From assembly GCA_964429815.1 (NCBI GenBank), contig CAYSCM010000001.1, forward strand, positions 192,001 through 256,000: a stretch of DNA of 64,000 nucleotides, in the 5' to 3' direction. Positions 1 through 8,829 of the stretch are shown here, piece after piece. The notes beneath the pieces were generated by a model. That model made no database searches. It had not been told where the DNA came from and saw only the letters and a list, made by a program, of their open reading frames with translations. The stretch's first letter is position 1. Every line of letters begins with the position of its first letter. Source of the DNA: an uncultured Candidatus Saccharibacteria bacterium (GTDB taxonomy: Bacteria > Patescibacteriota > Minisyncoccia > Phycocordibacterales > CAYSCM01). The translations under genes and the position numbers were made by a program.

Positions 1-381
1 GTACTTGAAACCGCCAAAGGTAATCATAAGAACGGCGAGAAGCGCTGCGATGCCAAGGCCAAAATCAAAAATAGTATTGAGGACACTACTGAGACTCCCG
101 TTGTTTTTTGTGTAAAGCCCTCCAATATTTTCAAGGGGGACGAAACCTTGAGAGCCGGTTACTTGTGTTCCTAAGGGAGTAGTTTGTAAGGGGGAAGCGT
201 CACCACATCCACCGGTTCCTTGTACATCAACGCAGGGTGTGCCCGATTGCGCTGGTTGAAGTGCAGAAGAACAATTTTCCGTATAGCCTCGAGAACAGGA
301 GTCTCCAGATTCTGCCTTAGAAAAGGCAAACGGCAGCATCAAAAGACAGAGAATGGAGATTATTATTTGTGACTTTCTCAT
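1..381 (-). CDS. partial CDS (runs off the window): secreted Cys-rich protein with N-terminal signal peptide and C-terminal hydrophobic helix; member of T4SS-like operon
   Basis: Manual minus-strand translation from ATG at 379-381: MRKSQIIISILCLLMLPFAFSKAESGDSCSRGYTENCSS...GLGIAALLAVLMITFGGFKY. The ORF is open to position 1. It is adjacent to the stop of the upstream gene at 383. Confidence 0.4.
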   Translation of the reverse strand, partial: MRKSQIIISILCLLMLPFAFSKAESGDSCSRGYTENCSSALQPAQSGTPCVDVQGTGGCGDASPLQTTPLGTQVTGSQGFVPLENIGGLYTKNNGSLSSVLNTIFDFGLGIAALLAVLMITFGGFKY

Positions 382-382
382 A

Positions 383-1402
383 TCATTTACCAAAGTTTAT
401 TTGAAGGGCTATCGATGTGGCCTGAAAAATTTGCGAAACATTTTGTAGCGAGAGAGCAAGATTTGCTGTGCCCGATGATGGGGCCGTCTGGCGCAGCACT
501 ACATCGGCCGGATTTTTACTCGAGGGAGTCACGCTCTTGTCATTGAGCGTCCAGGCGTAGGTGAGCGCTCCTCCGCCGCGGGAATCCGTCGAGAAAAAGT
601 ACGGGAAGGCGGAGACCGTCGCCTCGCTTTTAGTGAGATTGACACTTTCAGGAAGTGCCCGGTCGAAACGAAATCCTAGAAGTGGGTCGTTTTCATAGAG
701 GATGACGAATGGCTCGTCTCCGTTGAACGAGAGGGAACGAGTTGCTTTGATGGAACCATCCGAACTCGCTACGTCTACCGACACATTGATCCCGCGATAG
801 ACGCGGGCGCCGGGGATGGTAACGGACTGAGCGCCGCGCCCCGAAGAATCCCCCAGCACCTGGCCATTAAGGTGCCACGTGTAGAAAAGGGCCTCAGGCC
901 TGATGCGCGCGCCGTTCTCGTCTACGAAAAACGGCATCGCAAAGAGGACCATCGTGGCGTCATAGGGAGCGAGAGCTTTACCGCGGTAAAAGGGCGGGGT
1001 GTAGACATTCGCTTGCCACAGCAGATCAAGGCCTGCCGGGCGAACGATGGCTGTTTTGGTAAGGGTCGAGCCATTGGGGAGTGTTGCGTTAACGCGAAGC
1101 ACATTGATGCTTCCAATACCGCCAACCGTGAAGTGGGCCGTGACGACACCAACCCCTGAGTCAATGATCTTCCCGTTAAGGCTCCACACCAAGGTGGCGC
1201 GGGCAAGGTTTTCTGCGTAACTGGCGACCTGGGCCGATACGGCTTGACCCGCTCCGGGTACCTCAGGCGAGAGGGAGAGCGAAAAATCTCCTGGCACGGT
1301 GGGCAAATTTAGCTGTGCAAAGAGCGTTGTAGGGAGCGAAAGGGCCGCGACGAGGAGTGTCGTCGCGCAGAGGCCGCGCATGATTCGGGGGGAAATAGTC
1401 AT
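383..1402 (-). CDS. hypothetical secreted protein (signal peptide MRGLCATTLLVAALSLPTTLFAQ)
   Basis: 339-aa ORF. N-terminal signal peptide, beta-rich composition. Stop/start junction with the neighbouring gene at 1402 suggests translational coupling. Confidence 0.5.
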   Translation of the reverse strand: MTISPRIMRGLCATTLLVAALSLPTTLFAQLNLPTVPGDFSLSLSPEVPGAGQAVSAQVASYAENLARATLVWSLNGKIIDSGVGVVTAHFTVGGIGSINVLRVNATLPNGSTLTKTAIVRPAGLDLLWQANVYTPPFYRGKALAPYDATMVLFAMPFFVDENGARIRPEALFYTWHLNGQVLGDSSGRGAQSVTIPGARVYRGINVSVDVASSDGSIKATRSLSFNGDEPFVILYENDPLLGFRFDRALPESVNLTKSEATVSAFPYFFSTDSRGGGALTYAWTLNDKSVTPSSKNPADVVLRQTAPSSGTANLALSLQNVSQIFQATSIALQINFGK

Positions 1403-2016
1403 CAGGCTGCCTTCACTTTGGCTTGAGATTTATTATATTCCCTATCCTCCTGGTGAACGAGGCGGATTTCCGACCACACGCACATCGTCCATATAGGTAT
1501 TGCATTTAACCCAGGCGCTAATTTAACCGCGATGAGAATCAAATCTCGGATCGGGCGTTTTAGTGTCAAAAAGTTATGACCAGAAGTAGCAAACCATCCA
1601 ATGAAAATAAAGAAAATCACGATCGACAAAACCGTGTTGATGATGAGTCCAATGATGAGAAAGGTGAGAACAAGTTGGATAAGATCGAAAAACATCGCCA
1701 CTCCCATCATGGCCGCATACTGAAGTCCTCCGATGCGGTGACGTTTTTTTGCGGGTACGGAAACGCGTTGGGCCGTCGCCACTTGAGCGGGCTCCCGTGG
1801 TGAAACCCGCGTATATCCCGATGGCTGCCGTTGCCAAAACGCACGCTCTTGCGGGTCGAGTTCCTTACTCCCCATGCTCACCTTCGGGTTCCCGCCTATG
1901 CGAATGCCTCGCTTTACTCCTTCGGCTCGTAAGGCTTCGTATTCCTGTCGAGTCATGGAGGGATCCGCTCCAGCCGGAGGGGTCCACTTTTTTGATTGCG
2001 GGTCACGCGGAGGCAT
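1402..2016 (-). CDS. hypothetical membrane protein of T4SS-like operon
   Basis: 204-aa ORF with a basic N-terminus and 3-4 predicted TM helices (AAMMGVAMFFDLIQLVLTFLIIGLIINTVLSIVIFFIFIGWF). Lies immediately downstream of the VirB4-like gene. Confidence 0.45.
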   Translation of the reverse strand: MPPRDPQSKKWTPPAGADPSMTRQEYEALRAEGVKRGIRIGGNPKVSMGSKELDPQERAFWQRQPSGYTRVSPREPAQVATAQRVSVPAKKRHRIGGLQYAAMMGVAMFFDLIQLVLTFLIIGLIINTVLSIVIFFIFIGWFATSGHNFLTLKRPIRDLILIAVKLAPGLNAIPIWTMCVWSEIRLVHQEDREYNKSQAKVKAA

Positions 2017-2018
2017 GA

Positions 2019-3851
2019 CTATTTATTCGCCTCGGCCTCGAGCTCCTGGCGGGCCTTTTTAATAGCGAGAATTTGGCTCGGATCGGAGGTGATGATTTGA
2101 TCTTCGGTATAAGAGGCGATGATTTTGATGGCGACGTGTTTGAGGCCGGCAAAGAATATCCCCTCTCCCACGTCCGATTCCAGGAGCAGGTACTTTTCCT
2201 CGTCGGTGAGGTTAAACGTTTTCTGCACGTTGTCGATGGAGGTTGGCGATTGCTTCAGCAGCAGCTGAATGGAGGAGTTGGTTATCATAGGGAGCCCGTA
2301 GGGAGAGTTCAAGAAATCAGAAACGTCTTGCGTGATGGTGGCAAGACCCAGGAAGTATTTGCGCCCGCGTTTGGCGACCGAAAAGAGGAAACTCGCCGTA
2401 TCCTCGCTCTGCATCATCCAGTGCGCTTCATCGACGATAAAGAGGCGTTTCTTGAGCTCCTTGCGCACTGCGGTCCAGATGAAGTGCGTGACGATGTACA
2501 TGGCGACGGGCTTGAGCTCATCCTCCATGTCGCGCACGGAGAATACGACAAAATTTTTGTTGATATCGACATTGGTCGGGCGATTGATGAAACCTGCCCA
2601 CGTACCCTTGGTGTACTTGGAGAGGCGCTGCACGAGCGACTCGGAGCCTTCCATTCCGGCGAGCACGAGCTCGAAGTCGGAGAGGAGCGGCGGCTCGATG
2701 CTGGTGAAGTCGCTCTCCCCCGTTATGTCCTTGAGCGCATAGGTTTCCGTGATAGCCCGGTCGATGATGGAGTCTTCCTCCGGCGTTAGGCCGCCGAGCA
2801 TGATGCGGAACAGGCCCACGAGATTCACGATGTTGCTTCGAAGCACGTCGCCGGGAGCTTCGTCTTCCCGCGGGGTCGGCAGGTCGAAGGGGTTGATGTG
2901 GTGCTCGGAGGTGAGGGATATGTTGAAGTAGCGCCCACCGACGGCGTCCGCCATGTACTCGTACTCACGCTCAGGGTCGATGACAATGACCTCGGTGCCG
3001 AACATAAGGGAGCGCAAAATTTCGAGCTTTACCGCGTAGGATTTGCCGGCGCCGGATTTTGCGAACGTCACCGAGTTGTAGTTTTCGAGGCTAAAGCGAT
3101 CAAAGAGGATGAGGGAGCTGTTGTGGCGGTTGATGCCGTAGAGAATTCCCTTGTCGGAAGTGAGATCGAAGGAGACAAAGGGAAAGAGCGAGGAGAGCGG
3201 CGAGGAGTTGAGCTTCGTGTGCACGGAGAGCTCATCGGAGGCTATGGGAAGTACGGAGCGGAACCCCTGCTCCTGCTGAAAGAGCGCGGGCTTCACGTAG
3301 ATGAGGCGGCTCTCGAGCATGGTCTTTATCTCGCTCTCCACCTTGTCGAGCTCTTCCTGCGAGTTGCCATAGATAGAAATGTAAAGCCCGACATCGAAGA
3401 GTTTCTCTTGCGCCTGCTGGAGCTGGTCGCGGAGCGATTCAAGGTCACGATAGGCGGTGTCGAGCATTGGATCGCGCACGAGCCCGCGCTCCTCTCGGGT
3501 CGTGATCTGACTTTGCACCTCCGCGACCTTTTTTTGGAATTTCCGAAGCACTGTAGCGGTGTCCGCCGGATGCACGAATATGGATACGTCGAAGACCCGA
3601 TCGAGATTTATGATGGGAGCAAACCAGGAATCCGCGAGGTAGCGTGGGTAGGAAATAACAAATAGCGTGCGCACCAGCTTGTCGCCGAGATTCATCTCCC
3701 GCGGGGTGATCTTGAGCGCTGAAGGGGCGATGATGTCGTGGAACTCAAGCGCTCCCGCTTCATAGATTTCCTGCGGCAAAATGGGAGTGACCGGGACTTC
3801 CCTCCTCTTTTTCCCGCCCAAGCCTCCTGTGAGAAAATCAAGTAGAGCCAT
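2019..3851 (-). CDS. VirB4/TrbE/CagE-family type IV secretion ATPase
   Basis: 610 aa. Walker A FAKSGAGKSYAVK and Walker B FIVDEAHWMM. Length and domain order are typical of Gram-positive-type VirB4 (PrgJ/TcpF-like). Confidence 0.8.
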   Translation of the reverse strand: MALLDFLTGGLGGKKRREVPVTPILPQEIYEAGALEFHDIIAPSALKITPREMNLGDKLVRTLFVISYPRYLADSWFAPIINLDRVFDVSIFVHPADTATVLRKFQKKVAEVQSQITTREERGLVRDPMLDTAYRDLESLRDQLQQAQEKLFDVGLYISIYGNSQEELDKVESEIKTMLESRLIYVKPALFQQEQGFRSVLPIASDELSVHTKLNSSPLSSLFPFVSFDLTSDKGILYGINRHNSSLILFDRFSLENYNSVTFAKSGAGKSYAVKLEILRSLMFGTEVIVIDPEREYEYMADAVGGRYFNISLTSEHHINPFDLPTPREDEAPGDVLRSNIVNLVGLFRIMLGGLTPEEDSIIDRAITETYALKDITGESDFTSIEPPLLSDFELVLAGMEGSESLVQRLSKYTKGTWAGFINRPTNVDINKNFVVFSVRDMEDELKPVAMYIVTHFIWTAVRKELKKRLFIVDEAHWMMQSEDTASFLFSVAKRGRKYFLGLATITQDVSDFLNSPYGLPMITNSSIQLLLKQSPTSIDNVQKTFNLTDEEKYLLLESDVGEGIFFAGLKHVAIKIIASYTEDQIITSDPSQILAIKKARQELEAEANK

Positions 3852-3853
3852 AG

Positions 3854-4489
3854 CTATAGGTTCGCTGCGATCGGCTTTTCGAGCTCACCGGGGTTGAAGA
3901 GTTTGTAGTAAAGCTCGATGGCTTCCTCGGTGCCTAAGGTCGCGACCCTAACTCCGGTGCGCACGAGCCCTTGCTCGACGACCGCGACGCGTTGCTCAAG
4001 TTGGGTGCGGCTCTCTTCGAACGTCGCGGCGGCCTCCTCCTTCGTTTTTTTGCCGAAGCTCGGGAGCGTTGGGAGCCCGCTTTTTCCCACGGAGAGCACC
4101 GCCGGCGAGTACGGCACAACGATAAAGAAATTTTTCGTCATAATGTTGGCCTGCTCGACGAAGCTTTTTATGAAATCAATGTACTCGCGTGTCTGGATTT
4201 TCATAAGCTCGGTGGTCTGCTCTTTGTACTTTCCCTCAAGGAGCGCCACGTAGGGGCGGATATCGAGCTGGCGTGATTCGATGAATATCTGGATGGAAAA
4301 GTCGAGCGAGTTGAGGAAGTTTTGGAACTGCGCGAGGATGGCGGTCTGTTCGTCGGCGGATTTAAGCGCAAAATTGAGCGAGGAGGCGATGAGAATGGAG
4401 CGCAACCCTCCGTCCTTGAGGACCACGATGCCATCACGCACCTCCTTGATGGGCACGAACTCCTGGCTTGCTTTTCCGGCGACGGCCAT
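3854..4489 (-). CDS. hypothetical cytoplasmic protein between the PrgI-like and VirB4-like genes
   Basis: 211-aa ORF with no TM segment. Tightly packed in the operon (3-nt gap to virB4-like). Confidence 0.45.
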   Translation of the reverse strand: MAVAGKASQEFVPIKEVRDGIVVLKDGGLRSILIASSLNFALKSADEQTAILAQFQNFLNSLDFSIQIFIESRQLDIRPYVALLEGKYKEQTTELMKIQTREYIDFIKSFVEQANIMTKNFFIVVPYSPAVLSVGKSGLPTLPSFGKKTKEEAAATFEESRTQLEQRVAVVEQGLVRTGVRVATLGTEEAIELYYKLFNPGELEKPIAANL

Positions 4490-4495
4490 GGTGAT

Positions 4496-4939
4496 TTAGC
4501 GATAGGCGCCCGTTTTCTCCTTTATATCGAGGCTCCAGGCGAGATCCTTAAGTTTGCTCTCCGAGAGCTTAGGCACGACGATAGTCGCCTCCAGTTTCGT
4601 CTCCGGAGTGGCTTTTGCGGCGGCTTTGGGAACAACCTTTTTCCAGAGGTAGAGCCGGCCGCGCATCATGTAGTAGAAGGCCGCCTCGAGAGTCTCGATG
4701 AACGGACGATTATTTATCTTATAGAACGCAAGTGCAGCGGAAAGCGCGGCGACCGGAATACCAAGGAGTATCACGAGAAAAAGTGGCAGAAAAACGTAGA
4801 GAATGGCGATCACTCCTCCACCGCCGGCGAGGTAGACAAACTGGCGGAACGTGAGGGGCCCCACTATCTTGTCTTCCACCTCAATGAACTGCGGCACCTG
4901 GAACTGCATAGAAGTAGTATACCCCGCGCAAAGCCGCAT
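4496..4939 (-). CDS. PrgI-family (VirB3-like) small membrane protein; true start may be the internal MQFQVPQF
   Basis: 147-aa ORF. Motif VPQFIEVEDKIVGPLTFRQFVYL is followed by two TM helices. Sits immediately upstream of the VirB4-like gene, as in Gram-positive conjugation-type loci. Confidence 0.55.
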   Translation of the reverse strand: MRLCAGYTTSMQFQVPQFIEVEDKIVGPLTFRQFVYLAGGGGVIAILYVFLPLFLVILLGIPVAALSAALAFYKINNRPFIETLEAAFYYMMRGRLYLWKKVVPKAAAKATPETKLEATIVVPKLSESKLKDLAWSLDIKEKTGAYR

Positions 4940-4984
4940 CGCGGCTTTGCGCTGTAGATTCGGCGCGTACTACTATGAGTGCAT

Positions 4985-5273
4985 GAAATTCTATACGCCA
5001 AACTATGGAAACGCTTCACACGACGCCCGTCCGCAGTTTGAAATGCGCGGCAACGCCATCTACATCACCGCGCACCACCCCGGCTTTACCCCCAAAGGGG
5101 CGGTGCTCCCCTGGTATGAAAATAGGGGCGGGAAAGTCTATGCGACCGAGCATCACCCCGAGGGCAAATCACTCCATCCGGTCTATGAAATCCGGGGCGA
5201 TAGGGTGCACACTACGGTCGAACATTCTCAGCACGACCCACTACGCCACAGCTTTGAACTCCGCCTGCATTAA
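4985..5273 (+). CDS. possible small repeat protein (three degenerate ~22-aa repeats YExRG..(I/V)Y.T.HHP)
   Basis: Opposite-strand ORF in the 340-bp gap between operon genes. The protein repeats are FEMRGNAIYITAHHP, YENRGGKVYATEHHP and YEIRGDRVHTTVEHS. They arise from ~66-69-bp degenerate DNA tandem repeats that preserve the reading frame. No clear RBS. Confidence 0.25.
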
Positions 5274-5281
5274 AGCGAGTT

Positions 5282-5680
5282 CTATTTTTTTCGATATACA
5301 AATACTGACTTTATGCCGATGATGATCAGACTGATCAAGAAGAAAAGTATCGAGAGGAAGAACGAAATCCGCCCCTTGTCATTCGGAAACATCCAGTCAG
5401 TGCTGGTATTTGGCGCGATAAGTATCAACGCCACGGAGATTGCAAGAAACCACTGGGCAAAGCGGATCCACATTCGGAAAATTTCATCTCGGAGTTTATA
5501 GGTGACTAAACTCAAGATGAACAAAATTGGAAAAAACCTAAGTAAATCAATCAACCACAAAGTCTGATCTCTACAGAAAAAAAATTTATCTTGACATCCA
5601 TTACGAAGCACGAGGCTGAGAAGGATAAGAAACATTCCCGCGCCTATTCCGGAAAAAATTAAAAGAGTTTTTTTGGTCAT
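5282..5680 (-). CDS. hypothetical small membrane protein (about 4 TM)
   Basis: 132-aa hydrophobic ORF. Its stop abuts the next operon gene. Confidence 0.4.
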   Translation of the reverse strand: MTKKTLLIFSGIGAGMFLILLSLVLRNGCQDKFFFCRDQTLWLIDLLRFFPILFILSLVTYKLRDEIFRMWIRFAQWFLAISVALILIAPNTSTDWMFPNDKGRISFFLSILFFLISLIIIGIKSVFVYRKK

Positions 5681-5682
5681 AA

Positions 5683-8679
5683 CTATCTCAATCCTACCGT
5701 CACCGAATAGGTCTTTCCATCATCTAGCTGTGCAGACACTTTATACCAGTACCCAGGAGTAACCCCCTTCGTGTTCCAGTTGTAAATATATTGCCCTGGT
5801 GCCGAGTCCCAACGAAACTCACCTCCAGAGGTGCTGGGGTCGGAATATGTTGACTCATCGATGGCGGCAGTTAAAGTCGAGCCTTTAATCGGGGTAAGCC
5901 AAACTGGATTTTTACCTGCTTGTGCTAGCATTCCATTCACTTTCTTAAGTTGGAATTTTACCGGTACGGTACTTCCTCCTTTAAAAACGCTTAGAGACTG
6001 AGTGGGATTAATCGACGGGTCGTTTATTGGCTGGAGAAAACCGCTCCACCGATAGGTGATAGTCAGTGTGCCGACAATAAAAGAGGTGAATTGGTAGGTG
6101 CTCGAAGTTAAGGTGCCTATGGTGCAAATAATTGGATAAATTCCAATACCAGTTGTTGCTGTTGCCGTGGTTGAACATTGTGGAACCCCGGCAATGTCGT
6201 TGTGTGCCGCATCATCGCCATTTACAAATCCGCTGAAACTTACCGTAAAGGAAGGAATAGGAGAACCGAGCACGATGGTTTTATTATCCACGGTGACCGT
6301 AAGGGGATTGAAAACTACTAGTCCGTCCAACTTCGGAGTGAGAGAATAAACTGTAGTTCCGTCTCCGTTTACATCGAGTGAGAGAGGACTCGCGCCAGCG
6401 ATCGTCCCGTCAGAGAAATTCATAGTCGCGATGGTAGTTGTTGCCGAAGGAATGTCTGCGAACGTTGTTGTTGCAAGAATAGAATTCCCTTCAACCTCTT
6501 CTATTTTGAGAGTAAATCCTCCAGCCGATTCTCCTTCCAACCGCAGAGTCGGGAGGTCTTCTGCAGGGACACTCACGTATTTAATGTCACCAAACTCAGT
6601 GTACGTTGCTCCTGGGATGGTATTTTCAAGAATCCTTGTACTCGTTGCTAGTTTCAGGTGGTTCCCATTTTTATCATTGATCTCAATGGAAAGTGGTGAG
6701 TGCAGGAAGTATCTTAGACGCTTTTGAATTAAATGAGAGGGAACTTCTTTGGAGATGTATTGCGGTAGCTGTGCTGCGCTATTTATAATGATACCGTCAA
6801 TCAAATCGTTGAGTTGCCCAACTTCAAGGATGTCTGCGTGGTCTCTGCCCAAAGGAATAGTGAGTCGGTTGTCCTTATTGAACTGGTTCAAATCAACCCA
6901 ATATCTGCTCACGTTAGGCGAGCTCGTACTCATCGTGAGCGCACTTGGAGTGACTACAGTTCCGTCCCCATCGACAACGATGCCAAGGTCTTCGTCGAGA
7001 CATGGGTTGTACCTGAGACAATGGTAAAAGCCACCATTTCGATAAGAAATATTACCCACTGTTTCGTTGCCCCACCCCGCAATTTGATACAACTGAATTC
7101 CCGACGGTGGAACCCACGTATCGAGATGGCTATGCAGGACGTCAGCATCATTCAAGAGCAATGCATTACCGACGAGAGGATAGGTCACATTGGAAAATGA
7201 AGGCCCAGTTCGCCCCTCGATCCCCGAGACAAATGAAGCGAGCTCATTGAAAGTATTTATATTCGAGCCATAGGCGTCAGTAAATATTTTTGTCGTGCTG
7301 CCGCTCCGAAATGATATGGGTGGAGTAATCACATCACTCCCAGGCCCGTCAAAGTACGCTCGGGACGGGAGGAGGTTGTACACCATTGGAGAATTTTGTG
7401 CGAATGCGCGCGCCGTCGCCTCGCTTAGAACGAACCCCAAGGCATGTGATTGATTGGTTCCATCCAGGAGAGCCCCTACGGCGATAGGGGTCCCCGTTTG
7501 AGGAACGGCGACAAAAATAATCTTGTCGATAAGGGAGCTAGCTTCCGGACCGAGTATTTCCATCAATCTTTTGGCCAAAAGGCCCCCGTTGGAATGGGCG
7601 ATGATAGTGACTTTTCCGGTATTCGAGGTTCCGGCCAAGCGTCGAAGTTCCTGGAGTATGTACGGGGTCGTAGTGGAGCGGAGGTTTCCCGAATAGTAGA
7701 TATGATCGCCGACCTGATGCCCATACTTTAGAATATCATCGAGCGACAATCGCCAGTCATAAGCAGCCGGCAGCCAATCCTTGATCGTGCCGGCGGTTTT
7801 GAGTTGATCCATTTCACCGATAAAACTTTTGTAAATATTCGCTCCGGTCGGCAATTCGTCGATAACGTCGCCGATTTTTGTATATATATCGCCACGCACG
7901 CTTGAACCATCCGGATTCATGAAAAGATCCCGCGCATCGGCATTGCTGAAGGGCTCCCACAGTCTATCTTCCCCTCCGCCGTCGGCCGGGCGATATAAGC
8001 GACTTGCCTCTATGCCAGGCAAAAAGAGCACGTTTGAGTTGCTTTGCGTATTGATATTACTCGTTCCGAGTTCGTCATACATCAGAAGATCGCCCAGGTC
8101 TGGGCGTGCACCGAATTCTGCCGACAAAGCGACGGTGTCGATGAAATCTCCCGCCGCATGAGCCACGGCGCCTACCCACGAGCAGTGTCCAACATCAACA
8201 TCATCTTGCTGAAAACATGTTTCCTTGGCACCTACATGATCTCGCCATGCAAAAAGATATTGATGCCACTGTCCATCGAGAGGAGTAAATCTATTTCTGA
8301 ATTCACAATTGGTTGAAGCCGAAACATTCGGCGCACCGGTACAAAGTAAAACGATGCTGCCGTACCCAAATTGAGCCCATCCGCTCTGGGCTTTTGCGTA
8401 GAATGTGATGTTTCCTTCGGTTAACGGAGTCCCTGTTTTGTAAATTCTAGGAATTTGGAAAAGCACGGTACTTTGAAGACATTGACCGGAGATACACCCG
8501 CTGCTCACTTGGGTAAACGGGCCTACACTTCCACCGTACACGTTCCAGCCAAAGTATCCGAAGGGTAAATCGAAGGAGTCGGAGACGGGAGCGGCCGCAA
8601 ACGCGTGACTGCCGGAGAGAAGAAGAAAAAATAGTCCGAAAACGAAAACGAAGAGTCGCCAGTAGCGGACTTTTTTCAT
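5683..8679 (-). CDS. large secreted protein with LCAT/PDAT-like alpha/beta-hydrolase (phospholipase A/acyltransferase) domain and C-terminal beta-rich (Ig-like) region
   Basis: 998 aa. Signal peptide MKKVRYWRLFVFVFGLFFLLLSGSHAFAAAP. Motif LPAAYDWRLSLDD matches the AAPYDWRL signature of lecithin:cholesterol acyltransferase-family enzymes. GXSXG-type nucleophile elbow IIAHSNGGLL lies about 55 aa downstream of that motif. The C-terminal 350 aa is Thr/Ser/Gly/Val-rich. Confidence 0.65.
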   Translation of the reverse strand: MKKVRYWRLFVFVFGLFFLLLSGSHAFAAAPVSDSFDLPFGYFGWNVYGGSVGPFTQVSSGCISGQCLQSTVLFQIPRIYKTGTPLTEGNITFYAKAQSGWAQFGYGSIVLLCTGAPNVSASTNCEFRNRFTPLDGQWHQYLFAWRDHVGAKETCFQQDDVDVGHCSWVGAVAHAAGDFIDTVALSAEFGARPDLGDLLMYDELGTSNINTQSNSNVLFLPGIEASRLYRPADGGGEDRLWEPFSNADARDLFMNPDGSSVRGDIYTKIGDVIDELPTGANIYKSFIGEMDQLKTAGTIKDWLPAAYDWRLSLDDILKYGHQVGDHIYYSGNLRSTTTPYILQELRRLAGTSNTGKVTIIAHSNGGLLAKRLMEILGPEASSLIDKIIFVAVPQTGTPIAVGALLDGTNQSHALGFVLSEATARAFAQNSPMVYNLLPSRAYFDGPGSDVITPPISFRSGSTTKIFTDAYGSNINTFNELASFVSGIEGRTGPSFSNVTYPLVGNALLLNDADVLHSHLDTWVPPSGIQLYQIAGWGNETVGNISYRNGGFYHCLRYNPCLDEDLGIVVDGDGTVVTPSALTMSTSSPNVSRYWVDLNQFNKDNRLTIPLGRDHADILEVGQLNDLIDGIIINSAAQLPQYISKEVPSHLIQKRLRYFLHSPLSIEINDKNGNHLKLATSTRILENTIPGATYTEFGDIKYVSVPAEDLPTLRLEGESAGGFTLKIEEVEGNSILATTTFADIPSATTTIATMNFSDGTIAGASPLSLDVNGDGTTVYSLTPKLDGLVVFNPLTVTVDNKTIVLGSPIPSFTVSFSGFVNGDDAAHNDIAGVPQCSTTATATTGIGIYPIICTIGTLTSSTYQFTSFIVGTLTITYRWSGFLQPINDPSINPTQSLSVFKGGSTVPVKFQLKKVNGMLAQAGKNPVWLTPIKGSTLTAAIDESTYSDPSTSGGEFRWDSAPGQYIYNWNTKGVTPGYWYKVSAQLDDGKTYSVTVGLR

Positions 8680-8709
8680 CCGGGAAGCCTACCATTGTCC
8701 CGCTTAGAG

Positions 8710-8773
8710 TCAATGCATACCGTGGCGTGCATTGAATACTCAAATTATAAGCTATAGCTTATAATTTGAGTAT
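8710..8773. promoter_or_regulatory. two adjacent palindromes in the promoter region of the LCAT-like gene: 8710..8735 (8-bp arms TCAATGCA/TGCATTGA, 10-nt spacer) and a 38-bp perfect AT-rich palindrome 8736..8773
   Basis: ATACTCAAATTATAAGCTATAGCTTATAATTTGAGTAT checked base by base as a perfect inverted repeat. It is AT-rich in a GC-rich background. It lies 57 bp upstream of the 5683..8679 start. Confidence 0.5.
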
Positions 8774-8829
8774 GGTGTTTTTCTGCTGCACACCGCTCTG
8801 AGCCTACAACGACATCTGGTCGGGTCTGA

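Noticed and set aside
2073-2789. 238-aa plus-strand ORF
   Set aside because: Lies fully antisense within the VirB4-like gene and has Arg/Gly-rich GC-skew-artefact composition.
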